A stretch of 64,000 nucleotides of DNA from Oscillospiraceae bacterium (lineage in GTDB: Bacteria; Bacillota; Clostridia; Oscillospirales; CAG-272), in contig SVRL01000006.1 of assembly GCA_015064845.1 (NCBI GenBank), positions 6,865 to 70,864 of the forward strand, given 5' to 3'. The notes beneath the pieces were generated by a model. It saw nothing but the letters and a program-made list of their open reading frames with translations, ran no database searches and was not told the origin of the DNA. The position numbers and the translations under genes were made by a program. Every line of letters begins with the position of its first letter. Positions within the stretch are counted from its first letter, which is position 1. Of the stretch, positions 26,596 to 36,060 are shown one piece after another.

Positions 26596-29004
26596 TTAAT
26601 AGCGAGAAACGGTGCCATCGGAGCAAACGATCTCCTTAACGCCGGACCCCAAAAACAAAGATGAACCTTTCTCAATGGCTTCCCATTCTGCCTTGGTACC
26701 GGCATATCGAACGCTCGTCAGACTGCTGCATCCATAAAACGCAACATCGCCTATGCTCGTTACACTGTCCGGTATTTCTACGCTCGTCAGACTGCTGCAT
26801 CCATAAAACGCATAATCGCCTATGCTCGTTACACTGTCCGGTATTTCCACACTCGTCAGACTGCTGCATCCGCAAAACGTCATATAGCCTATGCTCGTTA
26901 CACTGTCCGGTATTTCCACGCTCGTCAGACTGCTGCATCCGCTAAACGCACCACTGCCTATGCTCGTTACACTGTCCGGTATTTCCACACTCGTCAGACT
27001 GCTGCAATTCTCAAACGCATAATTGCCTATGCTCATTACACTGTCTCCGATCTCCACACTCGTCAGACTGCTGCATCCGCTAAACGCCCTATTGACTATG
27101 CTCGTTACACTGTCCGGTATTTCCACGCTCGTCAGACTGCTGCAATTCTCAAACGCCTCATAGCCTATGCTCGTTACACTGTCCGGTATTTCCACGATCG
27201 TTAGACTGCTGCATCCATAAAACCAACCCCTGCCTATGCTCGTTACGCTGTCCGGTATTTCCACGCTCGTCAGACTGCTGCATCTGCTAAACGCATAATC
27301 GCCTATGCTCGTTACACTGTCCGGTATTTCCACGCTCGTCAGACTGCTGCAATCCCTAAACGCATAATCGCCTATGCTCGTTACACTGTCCGGTATTTCC
27401 ACGCTCGTCAGACTGCTGCAATTCTCAAACGCCCCACTGCCTATGCTCGTTACACTGTCCGGTATTTCCACACTCGTCAGACTGCTGCAATCAGCAAACG
27501 CATATTCGCCTATGCTCGTTACACTGTCCGGTATTTCCACACTCGTCAGACTGCTGCATCCTTTAAACGCATAATTGCCTATGCTCGTTACACTGTCCGG
27601 TATTTCCACGATCGTCAGACTGCTGCATCCATAAAACGCAATACTGCCTATGCTCGTTACACTGTCCGGTATTTCCACGCTCGTCAGACTGCTGCAACCC
27701 CTAAACGCATAATCGCCTATGCTCGTTACACTGTCCGGTATTTCCACACTCGTCAGACTGCTGCATCCATAAAACGCACTATTGCCTATGCTCGTTACAC
27801 TGTCCGGTATTTCCACGCTCGTCAGACCACTGCAATCCCTAAACGCGCTACTGCCTATGCTCGTTATACTGTCCGGTATTTCCACGCTCGTCAGACTCCT
27901 GCATCCTCTAAACGCCTCCCAACCTATGCTCGTTACACTGTCCGGTATTTCCACGATCGTCAGACTGCTGCATCCATAAAACGCATAATTGCCTATGCTC
28001 GTTACACTATTTCCAATTAAAACGGATTCCAATGCATTCATCCCTTCGCATATATAAGCAGGAACCATTGTGCCGCCAAACACAATTTTTTTAACGGAAG
28101 GGATATTCATAAATGGGTTTTCGCTTGAATAATACGTGGAATTGTAATACACCGTGGTCAGATTGTCTGCTTTGAAGAAAATCTGTGTGCCGATTTCTTT
28201 CACCGTGGCGGGAATGGTAATTTCTTTCATCGTTTTACAGTCATAAAACGCTCTTTTTGCAATTGCCGTAACTTGATAACCGTTGAGAGAAGCAGGGATG
28301 ACCACTTCCGCATCGGTGCAAGTGCCAATACCGGTAATCGTGCAGGTTTTGCCGTCTGCATTCACGGTGTAAGCAAGACCCAGAGAACCTGTTGCAGGAA
28401 GAGTTTCCGTGGCGGTTTTTTCCCCACAAACGGTGCATTTCTGCTCTTTGAGACCGTCTTCTTTGGCAGTCGGTTCTTTTACTGTAATCCATTCACCGAG
28501 GGTGTGACCCTTGGCGCCCAACGTTTGTTTTTCCTTTTCTCCGCAAGCGCAGGCTCTTTCCTGCGCTCCTTCTGTAAGGCAGGTTGCTTCTTTCGTTACA
28601 CCCCATTCTCCGAACGTATGGAAACCTTTGGATTTAATTACCTCAATTTCCTTTTCGCCGCAAGCGCAGACTCTTTCCTGCGCCCCATCTGCAAGGCAGG
28701 TCGCTTCTTTCGTTACAACCCATTCTTCGAACGTATGGGAACCTTTAGCTTTAATTATCTCAATTTCCTTTTCGCCGCAAGCGCAGGCTCTTTCCTGCGC
28801 CCCATCTGCAAGGCAGGTCGCTTCTTTCGTTATCACCCATTCTCCAAAGCTGTGGGTATGGGTTATGTTTCCTTCCTGTTCGGAAGATTGATTGCTTCCC
28901 GTTGTGCCGTCTGTCGAATTATTTTCATTGCAAGAAGTCAGAAATGCCATGCAAAGAATCAATGATAAACACAACAAAAGCAGCGTTTTGATTGTTTTTT
29001 TCAT
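26596..29004 (-). CDS. BspA-type LRR surface lipoprotein
   Basis: Lipobox FLTS-C; His/Cys repeats; 19 LRRs of 23 aa. Confidence 0.92.
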   Translation of the reverse strand: MKKTIKTLLLLCLSLILCMAFLTSCNENNSTDGTTGSNQSSEQEGNITHTHSFGEWVITKEATCLADGAQERACACGEKEIEIIKAKGSHTFEEWVVTKEATCLADGAQERVCACGEKEIEVIKSKGFHTFGEWGVTKEATCLTEGAQERACACGEKEKQTLGAKGHTLGEWITVKEPTAKEDGLKEQKCTVCGEKTATETLPATGSLGLAYTVNADGKTCTITGIGTCTDAEVVIPASLNGYQVTAIAKRAFYDCKTMKEITIPATVKEIGTQIFFKADNLTTVYYNSTYYSSENPFMNIPSVKKIVFGGTMVPAYICEGMNALESVLIGNSVTSIGNYAFYGCSSLTIVEIPDSVTSIGWEAFRGCRSLTSVEIPDSITSIGSSAFRDCSGLTSVEIPDSVTSIGNSAFYGCSSLTSVEIPDSVTSIGDYAFRGCSSLTSVEIPDSVTSIGSIAFYGCSSLTIVEIPDSVTSIGNYAFKGCSSLTSVEIPDSVTSIGEYAFADCSSLTSVEIPDSVTSIGSGAFENCSSLTSVEIPDSVTSIGDYAFRDCSSLTSVEIPDSVTSIGDYAFSRCSSLTSVEIPDSVTSIGRGWFYGCSSLTIVEIPDSVTSIGYEAFENCSSLTSVEIPDSVTSIVNRAFSGCSSLTSVEIGDSVMSIGNYAFENCSSLTSVEIPDSVTSIGSGAFSGCSSLTSVEIPDSVTSIGYMTFCGCSSLTSVEIPDSVTSIGDYAFYGCSSLTSVEIPDSVTSIGDVAFYGCSSLTSVRYAGTKAEWEAIEKGSSLFLGSGVKEIVCSDGTVSRY
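26701..28011 (-). repeat. 19 x 69-bp coding tandem repeat (DSVTSIGxxAFxxCSSLTSVEIP)
   Basis: Units counted in the translation; DNA near-identical outside two codon pairs. Confidence 0.95.
28390..28860 (-). repeat. About 4 x 114-123-bp coding repeats (H.F.EW...EATC...G..ER.C.CGE)
   Basis: Units begin at 28860, 28737, 28620 and 28506. Confidence 0.85.
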
Positions 29005-29159
29005 TTTTCGTTCTCCTTTTTAATTCAAGAAATTACTACAGAATTTACATTCTGTGGTAAAACTCGCTGTGTGGTTTATTATAACATTCGAAAAATGCGA
29101 TGTCAAGAAATATTTACAAAACTGTTATAAACATGGTATGTTTTATACAATAAATTAAA

Positions 29160-29200
29160 AAGAGCCGAAACGGATGTTACTCCGAATCGGCTCTTTCTTA
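29160..29200 (-). terminator. Terminator of pfkA
   Basis: AAGAGCCGA...TCGGCTCTT stem. Confidence 0.7.
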
Positions 29201-29227
29201 TAACTGATCAAACAAATAAAAATTTGA

Positions 29228-30301
29228 TCAGCAGATATTATTTGCAATGTCGTAAAGTCTCTGCATATCGGCAAGGAGTTTCGCGCAACGAGCTTCCATC
29301 CATTCTTTATCTTCTGCGGAAAGCGCTGCATATTCTTCTTCGGTCATTTTCTTCTTGAACATACGGTCAACGAGAAGCGCATCGGAAATATTCTTATAAC
29401 CGATCTTGCCGTCTTCTTTGCAAACGACGATATCGGATTTGCCTTCCAGGAGATACTGAATTGCAGTATAACCCAATTCGGAAGCCAAAAGTCTATCCTG
29501 AAGGGTGGGTTTACCACCACGCTGCACATGCGCAAATTTTGCAAATTTGGTTTCGATTCCGGTCTTCTCCTGAATGGTTTTTGCAAGTTTTTCCGCATAA
29601 CCGACAAGACCTTCGGAAACAACTACGATAAAGGAACGTTTACCGTGTTCTTTCTGTTCAATAATCTTCTTGATTGCAGCATCTTCGTCAAAAGGAATTT
29701 CGGGAATGGCAATCGCAGATGCGCCGCTTGCAACACCGGTACGCAAAGCAATATTACCGGACCAACGGCCCATAACTTCGATAACGTTGCAACGAGCATG
29801 GGATTCACAGGTATCACGGAGGTTATCGATCAGATTCATGGCAGTATTCATTGCCGTATCGAAACCGATGGTAACGTCTGTGGAAGTGATGTCGTTGTCA
29901 ATGGTACCGGGAATGCCGATGGTGGGAATACCGTGCTTGGAAAGGTCTGTTGCGCCGCGGAACGTACCGTCGCCGCCGATGGCAATGACACCGCCGATTC
30001 TTCTTCTCTTGCAGTTTTCAAGAACTTTTGCCATACCTTCGGGTGTTTTGAAATCATCGCAACGCGCGGTATAAAGATACGTACCGCTCTTATTGATGAT
30101 ATTGCAAAGTTCTCTGGGCGATTTGTAAAGTTTCATGTTGGCATCGATCAAACCCTGATAGCCTTCATAAACACCGTAAACCTCAATACCTTGATTCAAA
30201 GCCGCTCTTGCAGCCGCTCTGATTGCGGCATTCATGCCGGGAGCATCGCCGCCGGATGTCAGAATTGCAATTCTTTTTATTTGTTTCTGAGTAGTAGCCA
30301 T
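29228..30301 (-). CDS. pfkA: 6-phosphofructokinase
   Basis: TSGGDAPGMNA, IGGDGT, PGTIDND, EVMGR, HVQRGG. Confidence 0.96.
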   Translation of the reverse strand: MATTQKQIKRIAILTSGGDAPGMNAAIRAAARAALNQGIEVYGVYEGYQGLIDANMKLYKSPRELCNIINKSGTYLYTARCDDFKTPEGMAKVLENCKRRRIGGVIAIGGDGTFRGATDLSKHGIPTIGIPGTIDNDITSTDVTIGFDTAMNTAMNLIDNLRDTCESHARCNVIEVMGRWSGNIALRTGVASGASAIAIPEIPFDEDAAIKKIIEQKEHGKRSFIVVVSEGLVGYAEKLAKTIQEKTGIETKFAKFAHVQRGGKPTLQDRLLASELGYTAIQYLLEGKSDIVVCKEDGKIGYKNISDALLVDRMFKKKMTEEEYAALSAEDKEWMEARCAKLLADMQRLYDIANNIC

Positions 30302-30353
30302 AATTTTTATATCTCCTTTATTATTATATAACAAATTTATTACAATCTATAGA

Positions 30354-31064
30354 TTAAAGTTTTGTATTTTTACCGCCCGTCAGGAAAGAGATCGCCCTCG
30401 GAATGGCATCCTTTGCATTATACCACGGTTCATTATCATAACGGTAATCGAATTTTTTGCAGAACCAGGAAACATCGCCGCCAAGCTCGGAAATATACGC
30501 TTTTTCGATTTCGCGCGCGGTTTTGAAATATTCGGAAAAATCTCTTTTCGAAAGTTTGTTTCTGCCATATTCCAAAAGCTGTCTGTAATGGGGAAGACAG
30601 AAATATTTCTGATTTTTGAATTTTTCACGGAAATCCATATCCGTTTCCCAAAGATAAACCATGTTATCCATCATTTTCACAAAGGAATCGTTCATGCGTT
30701 CACAGATATAACAGGTTTCATCCAAGGTTTTCAGTTTATTCTGTTCTTTTTCTCCCTTTCCGTCAAAGAAAGTACCGCCTTCAAAAATTTTCTTTTCCAC
30801 TTCGGCAAGATGGCTTTCCAGAACGAGAGCAAGCCCCAGACGGTTTCCGTTTTCGTAGATTCTCTCCAGATGGTGTTTGCAAAAGCCCTTTTTATTCGTT
30901 TGTATACGGATATCCGGCTCCATCATGGAAGCACCCATGATGATTTCCAATTCATTGCGTTCCAGCATATCGTTAAGCAAACAAAACGGACAATCGCAAG
31001 GCTCATTTTCAATCGCCTGTTCAAAAGCTTCGTTGATCGGTATGGTATATATTTTCTCTGCCAC
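30354..31064 (-). CDS. DUF6062-like Cys-rich protein
   Basis: CPFC, MMEPDIRIQTNKKGFCKHH, CYIC, FCLPH. Confidence 0.7.
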   Translation of the reverse strand: MAEKIYTIPINEAFEQAIENEPCDCPFCLLNDMLERNELEIIMGASMMEPDIRIQTNKKGFCKHHLERIYENGNRLGLALVLESHLAEVEKKIFEGGTFFDGKGEKEQNKLKTLDETCYICERMNDSFVKMMDNMVYLWETDMDFREKFKNQKYFCLPHYRQLLEYGRNKLSKRDFSEYFKTAREIEKAYISELGGDVSWFCKKFDYRYDNEPWYNAKDAIPRAISFLTGGKNTKL

Positions 31065-31068
31065 GGCA

Positions 31069-31860
31069 TTATCCTTTCACGTCGTCAAGAAGTTCGACGT
31101 TTGCGATATAAGGCTTATGGTCGGAAAGGATCAAATCGGGAATCTCAACGGATTCGATCTTGAAATGACGGCTGAAAAGAATATAGTCGATTCTTTCATA
31201 AGAGGAAGGACTATATTGCGGGAACATTTCGGGTTTGCAGGGCCATGTGAAAACGGTTTGATCGGGATAATAATCGAAGCTGTCCTGAAGCTCATCCAAA
31301 AGCGGCTTCATAATGGGATTATCCGAAGTCATATTGAAGTCGCCCATGACAACAACGGGATTATTCGTAATGCGGATGAAGGGCAACAGCGTTTTGATGG
31401 CGTTTTCTTTTTCGGGTTTATATAAACCAACGTGAGTAACGAAAAATTCAACGTCTCTGCCTTCGATATCTACGGTTGCATGAAGAATAACACGAGGTTC
31501 ATAAGAAGCGCCTTCTTCTTTTGTTTCGGGATTGGGAATCGGAATAATTTCCGTTTCTTTGATCGGATATTTGGAAAGAAAACCGTTTCCGTACGTACCA
31601 ATGCCGTATTTGTTGGTCCAGGTAACGGCAGGAGCAAACGCACTTTCATAACCTGCGGCATCGCCGATCATTTTTGCCATTCTCACGCGCGCACTTCTGG
31701 GCAAACGGTAATCCACTTCGTTCAAACCACAGACAGCAGGTGCAAATTCCTTGATTTTTTCAGCGTAAGTCAGTTCTGCGTGAATGATCGGACGGTAATC
31801 GGGACCTTTTTCAAAGCTTCTGCCCGCCGCGATATTATAGGACATAATTTTCAATTTCAT
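31069..31860 (-). CDS. Endonuclease/exonuclease/phosphatase family protein
   Basis: MSYNI, GLNEVD, MGDFN, IDYI, SDHKP. Confidence 0.88.
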   Translation of the reverse strand: MKLKIMSYNIAAGRSFEKGPDYRPIIHAELTYAEKIKEFAPAVCGLNEVDYRLPRSARVRMAKMIGDAAGYESAFAPAVTWTNKYGIGTYGNGFLSKYPIKETEIIPIPNPETKEEGASYEPRVILHATVDIEGRDVEFFVTHVGLYKPEKENAIKTLLPFIRITNNPVVVMGDFNMTSDNPIMKPLLDELQDSFDYYPDQTVFTWPCKPEMFPQYSPSSYERIDYILFSRHFKIESVEIPDLILSDHKPYIANVELLDDVKG

Positions 31861-31877
31861 CGAAAGATCCTCCCTTT

Positions 31878-32651
31878 TCAAATGGTTTCATCATCGAGAA
31901 GCTCGACGTTTGCAATATAAGGCTTATGGTCGGAAAGGAGCAGCTCTGGAATTTCAACGGATTCCACTTTAAAATGCTTGCTGACAAAAATATAGTCGAT
32001 CTTATTATAGTGTTCAGGCTTCTGTGTAATAATGGGATCGGAAGGATACGTATATACATCCTTATCGGGATATACTGCAAAAGTATCCTGCAACATTTCA
32101 AAGAACGGAGCCAGAATCGGGTCGGTCATCGGAAGATTGAAGTCGCCCATAAGGATCACGGGATTTTCACATCTCTTGATGAGTTCCGTCAAAGTGTTGG
32201 CAGCATTCTGTGCTTCTGCTCTGGCAAGTCCGAAATGAGTAACGAAAACGTCCACATCTCTGCCGCCCATCTCCACAACGGTATGCAGAACGACACGGGA
32301 TTCGTAATAAGCATCCTCATTCTTTTCTTCGGGGTCGGGAATGGGATACACTTCGGTTTCCTTGATCGGATACTTGGAGATAAAGCCGTTTCCGTATGTG
32401 CCGAGTCCCCATGTAACCGCAGGCGCAAACGCGCTTTCATAACCGAGCGCATTGCCGAGCATTTCAGCCATCTTCACACGGCAGCTTCTTGGAAGCTTAT
32501 AGTCCACTTCGTTTAAACCGCAAATATCGGGCGCAAATCCCTTCAGCGCTTCGATATACGGATCAAACTCACGCGTGATCGGACGAAAATCCGGCCCCAA
32601 TTTGTAATTGCGGCAACTTGCGATATTGTAAGTCATGATTTTGAATTTCAT
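31878..32651 (-). CDS. Endonuclease/exonuclease/phosphatase family protein (tandem paralog)
   Basis: MTYNI, GLNEVD, MGDFN, IDYI, SDHKP. Confidence 0.88.
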   Translation of the reverse strand: MKFKIMTYNIASCRNYKLGPDFRPITREFDPYIEALKGFAPDICGLNEVDYKLPRSCRVKMAEMLGNALGYESAFAPAVTWGLGTYGNGFISKYPIKETEVYPIPDPEEKNEDAYYESRVVLHTVVEMGGRDVDVFVTHFGLARAEAQNAANTLTELIKRCENPVILMGDFNLPMTDPILAPFFEMLQDTFAVYPDKDVYTYPSDPIITQKPEHYNKIDYIFVSKHFKVESVEIPELLLSDHKPYIANVELLDDETI

Positions 32652-32700
32652 CTTGCAATCCTTCTTTCTATCATAATTTATATAATTTATTTTTTATACC

Positions 32701-32796
32701 ATAGGAAATTGCGCAAAATGGATCTTGCCGTTTTGCATTGTTTGGATATAAGCAAAACTCGGATAGGCAAGCAGTTTCGAGCGGGCGTTGCCCACT
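32701..32796 (-). repeat. Dispersed ~95-bp leader element, copy A
   Basis: Aligns with 33389-33507, 50628-50721 and partially 38965-39015. Confidence 0.8.
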
Positions 32797-32862
32797 TTTT
32801 TATTTTCTAAAAAATCGGCTCCAATCAACCGCTCTGTCTTGCATTGCTCAAACACATACGAT

Positions 32863-33243
32863 TCAGGTTTCTTCATACTGATTGAAGTTTTCAAGAGGAA
32901 TGACCTTAACGGGAACACCAAATGCCACACAGGTTGCGACGGTATGTGCCGTTCCGTGTGAAACGCCGTCCCAAAAAGCAAGAACATATTGCGCGTAACG
33001 GATGATTTCTTCATTTCGGACCAAAGGTGCGCGTTTGCCGAAACTTTTGTAGTCCGGTTTAAAAACAGTCAGCCGCAGACGGTTTCTTTCCGCATAAACT
33101 TCTGCAAGCGTATCTATTCCCGTGGCGCCCCCGCTGACAATTTCCGTCGTATTGGCAGGCACATAACGGCAAAGAAGCTCATAAACGCTTTCTTCATTTT
33201 CAATATTTCTGGAACCGACAATCGCAACACGCATAGAATCCAC
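32863..33243 (-). CDS. Stand-alone SLOG-family (DUF2493/YspA-like) protein
   Basis: VAIVGSR, IVSGGATGID, APLVRNEEI, AFWDG.S.GT. Confidence 0.8.
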   Translation of the reverse strand: MDSMRVAIVGSRNIENEESVYELLCRYVPANTTEIVSGGATGIDTLAEVYAERNRLRLTVFKPDYKSFGKRAPLVRNEEIIRYAQYVLAFWDGVSHGTAHTVATCVAFGVPVKVIPLENFNQYEET

Positions 33244-33388
33244 CGTTTATCTTTTCAAAATAATATACTTTATTATATTCTAACAAATTTTGATGGAAAA
33301 TTCAATAGAAAAAAGAAAATATACGACGAGTTACAGAAAAATTGCTATACATAAATTTTGATATATGCAGCAAATTAAAAACAAGCGC

Positions 33389-33507
33389 AAAAAGTGGGTA
33401 ACAGTTTGTTTACAATCTGTGCGCCCACCGGAAGTTGTTCGCCTATCGCAGTCCTGCTTGCATTCTAACAATGCAAACGGAGAGGTCGATTCCCGGCAAT
33501 TTCCTAT
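33389..33507 (+). repeat. Dispersed leader element, copy B (with a loop insertion)
   Basis: GTGGG...CCCAC, GCCTATC, AACAATGCAAACGG, GCAATTTCCTAT shared with copy A. Confidence 0.75.
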
Positions 33508-33554
33508 AGCACAAAACACGCTTAAAATAAATGCTGTTATAAGAAAGGAAAATT

Positions 33555-34565
33555 ATGAGAAAAAAAATCAGAGCAGTTTCTGCCGTTTTGTTGGCTTTAC
33601 TGATGATCCTTGCCGTTCCGCTCGGTGTTTGCGCCAAAAAGCCCTCCGAACTGATCGTTGCGGGAATTCCGTTTGGCGTAAAATTTCATATGGAAGGTGT
33701 GATCGTCGCAGGGATTCCGAGCGAGCAAGGTCCGGCAGCCGAGGCAGGCATCCGAAGGGGCGATATCATCACGTCCATTGACGGCGAGCCGATTGCTTCC
33801 GCCGAAAAATTTGCCGAAATAATTAAGCTTTCCGACGGAAAAACCCTGACGTTGGAATATACGAGCGATTCCGTTTCCCGCACGGCACAAGTAACACCGT
33901 GCGCAGATGAAAGCGGAGAATACAAACTCGGAATATGGATCAAGGACAGTGCCGCAGGCATTGGAACCATCACGTTTATCGATCCCGAAACCATGTCCTT
34001 TGCGGGACTCGGACACGGCATTTGCGACAGCGCGGGAGGAGAACCGCTTCCCTTTTCATTCGGAAGCGCAGAAGAAGTTTCTCTGACGGGAATCGTGGCA
34101 GGCAAAGCCGGCGCACCCGGAGAGCTTCGGGGCTCTTTTGCGGGACATAAAATCGGAAAACTTCTGAAAAATGATCTGACGGGGGTATACGGTGTACTTG
34201 CGGAAATGCCCGAACAATTGGAAAAAGAAAAATATCCCGTTTGTAAATCTTCCGAAATCAAAGAAGGAAAAGCGTATATTTTCGCCACCGTGGACGGCGA
34301 AGGCAGAAAACGCTATGAAATTGAAATTTTTGATATCGTCAAAGACGGCAAAGATAAGAATTTTTCCGTTCGTATTACCGATGAAACTTTGCTTGCCAAA
34401 ACGGGAGGCATCGTGCAAGGGATGAGCGGCTCACCCATCATCCAAAACGATAAAATCATCGGCGCCGTTACCCATGTTCTCGTCAACGATCCCGCAAGAG
34501 GCTACGGCATTTTTATTGAAAATATGCTGAAGGCGGCAAACGCACCGTTGGCAAAGACATCGTAA
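33555..34565 (+). CDS. spoIVB: SpoIVB peptidase S55 (PDZ + protease)
   Basis: GIWIKDSAAGIGT, AGLGHGI, GGIVQGMSGSPIIQ. Confidence 0.9.
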   Translation: MRKKIRAVSAVLLALLMILAVPLGVCAKKPSELIVAGIPFGVKFHMEGVIVAGIPSEQGPAAEAGIRRGDIITSIDGEPIASAEKFAEIIKLSDGKTLTLEYTSDSVSRTAQVTPCADESGEYKLGIWIKDSAAGIGTITFIDPETMSFAGLGHGICDSAGGEPLPFSFGSAEEVSLTGIVAGKAGAPGELRGSFAGHKIGKLLKNDLTGVYGVLAEMPEQLEKEKYPVCKSSEIKEGKAYIFATVDGEGRKRYEIEIFDIVKDGKDKNFSVRITDETLLAKTGGIVQGMSGSPIIQNDKIIGAVTHVLVNDPARGYGIFIENMLKAANAPLAKTS

Positions 34566-34620
34566 AAGCAAAAGGGCAATACCATTCCGAGATAAAATCG
34601 GTTTGATATTGTCCTTTTTC
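34566..34620. terminator. Related hairpin family, copy after spoIVB
   Basis: AAAGGGCAATA...TATTGTCCTTT; similar to 36003-36055. Confidence 0.65.
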
Positions 34621-34742
34621 TACAGTTTATTTAAAAAATAATCATTGATTTTTTTCATCGGTTGGACTATAATGAATACCATAAAGCGATGTTTCCATGA
34701 TAAAATCAAAAACAATTCAAACGTTCAAAAGGAGATTTTTCA

Positions 34743-35969
34743 ATGAACCGCATAGAAATCGCAGAAGAAAACATGCTTTCGGGCGATATCAAGAAAAACA
34801 AAATAAAAGCAATCATTGCCTATACGGCCCGTACCGTCGCTCTGATGTGCGCATCGGGTACACTCATGCAAACGTTCCTTTCCTCACTTGGCTTCGAAAG
34901 CTCTCTGATCTATCTGCATTCCACACTTTTGCAAGCGGCAAACGTACTTACGATCATCCTTGCTTCAGGTTGGGCAAATAACGGCTCTCCAATCAAAAAA
35001 TCGGCGTTTACAACGATACCGATCGGGCTTTTGTTTCTCTGCTACGTTCCGATTGCAATTGCCAACCACGCCACACCTTTGACTTACGTATTGTTGGCGG
35101 CTTTCGGTATTTTGCAGCAGATTGCCTATGGATTTTTTACCGTTTGCGAGTACAAAACACCTTATTACATCTATAAAGCCGATGAATATGGTATGATGCT
35201 CTCCGTCTGCGGCATCATTTCCTCTGTTTTTTCACTTTTGCTCGGTTATTTTATTACGTTTCTGACTTCAAAATTCGAATTTACCGTCATCATGAAATTT
35301 GCATTCATCATCTCCGCCGTTTTGATGTTGATTGCTTTCATTGCCATCTATTTCGAAAAAAGCCTGAGAAAAGAAACGCCGGAAGAAACAGTATCCGAAA
35401 ACAAGAAAAATATGAAAGTCAGACTTCTGAAAACTCCCGTCTTTACACGCCTTATCCATGCAAATCTGATGCGTGGTTTTGCAACGGGCGTCATCAGCGT
35501 CCTTGCCGCCGTTGCCCTTGATCTCGGCCACACGGAAACGCTGACAGCCTCCATGGTTTTCGCGCAATCCCTCGCTTCACTTGCCGCTTGCGCCTTTTTC
35601 GCAATGGTTTCCAAAAAAATCTCGGAAAGAGCCATTGTGATCGCAGGCAGTTTATTCGTCGTTCTGATTCCGCTTTTGCTGATTAAAGACAGTATGACTT
35701 TCCTTATTATATATACGGTAATTATCGTGGGCAGAACCCTGATCGATTATTCGGTACCTTCCATGCTGCTCAAAGCGGTTCCCGTTGAGATTGCAGGACC
35801 TTACCACGCATGGCGTATGGCTCTGCAAAACGCGGGAATGTTGATTGCTACTTCCCTTGCCACGGTCATTCCCGTTCCGTATTTGCTCGCAGCTGCGGCA
35901 GTATTTCAGCTGATATCCGGAGTGTCGTTTGCAAAAGTCGTCTGGACGTATACTCAAAACAAGATGTGA
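34743..35969 (+). CDS. MFS transporter
   Basis: About 12 hydrophobic segments, 408 aa. Confidence 0.75.
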   Translation: MNRIEIAEENMLSGDIKKNKIKAIIAYTARTVALMCASGTLMQTFLSSLGFESSLIYLHSTLLQAANVLTIILASGWANNGSPIKKSAFTTIPIGLLFLCYVPIAIANHATPLTYVLLAAFGILQQIAYGFFTVCEYKTPYYIYKADEYGMMLSVCGIISSVFSLLLGYFITFLTSKFEFTVIMKFAFIISAVLMLIAFIAIYFEKSLRKETPEETVSENKKNMKVRLLKTPVFTRLIHANLMRGFATGVISVLAAVALDLGHTETLTASMVFAQSLASLAACAFFAMVSKKISERAIVIAGSLFVVLIPLLLIKDSMTFLIIYTVIIVGRTLIDYSVPSMLLKAVPVEIAGPYHAWRMALQNAGMLIATSLATVIPVPYLLAAAAVFQLISGVSFAKVVWTYTQNKM

Positions 35970-36002
35970 ACGACTTCAACTGTATAAAACTGTAATATTT
36001 TG

Positions 36003-36055
36003 AAACAAAAAGGCAATCTCATTCGGTAAAAATCCGTTTGATATTGCCTTATTTT
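36003..36055. terminator. Related hairpin family, copy after the MFS gene
   Basis: AAGGCAAT...ATTGCCTT stem between convergent genes. Confidence 0.65.
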
Positions 36056-36060
36056 CAAAA

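Noticed and set aside
26701-28011. Regular 69-bp repeats resembling a CRISPR array or DGR template
   Set aside because: In-frame coding LRR units with no unique spacers; no cas or reverse transcriptase gene; changes are not adenine-specific.
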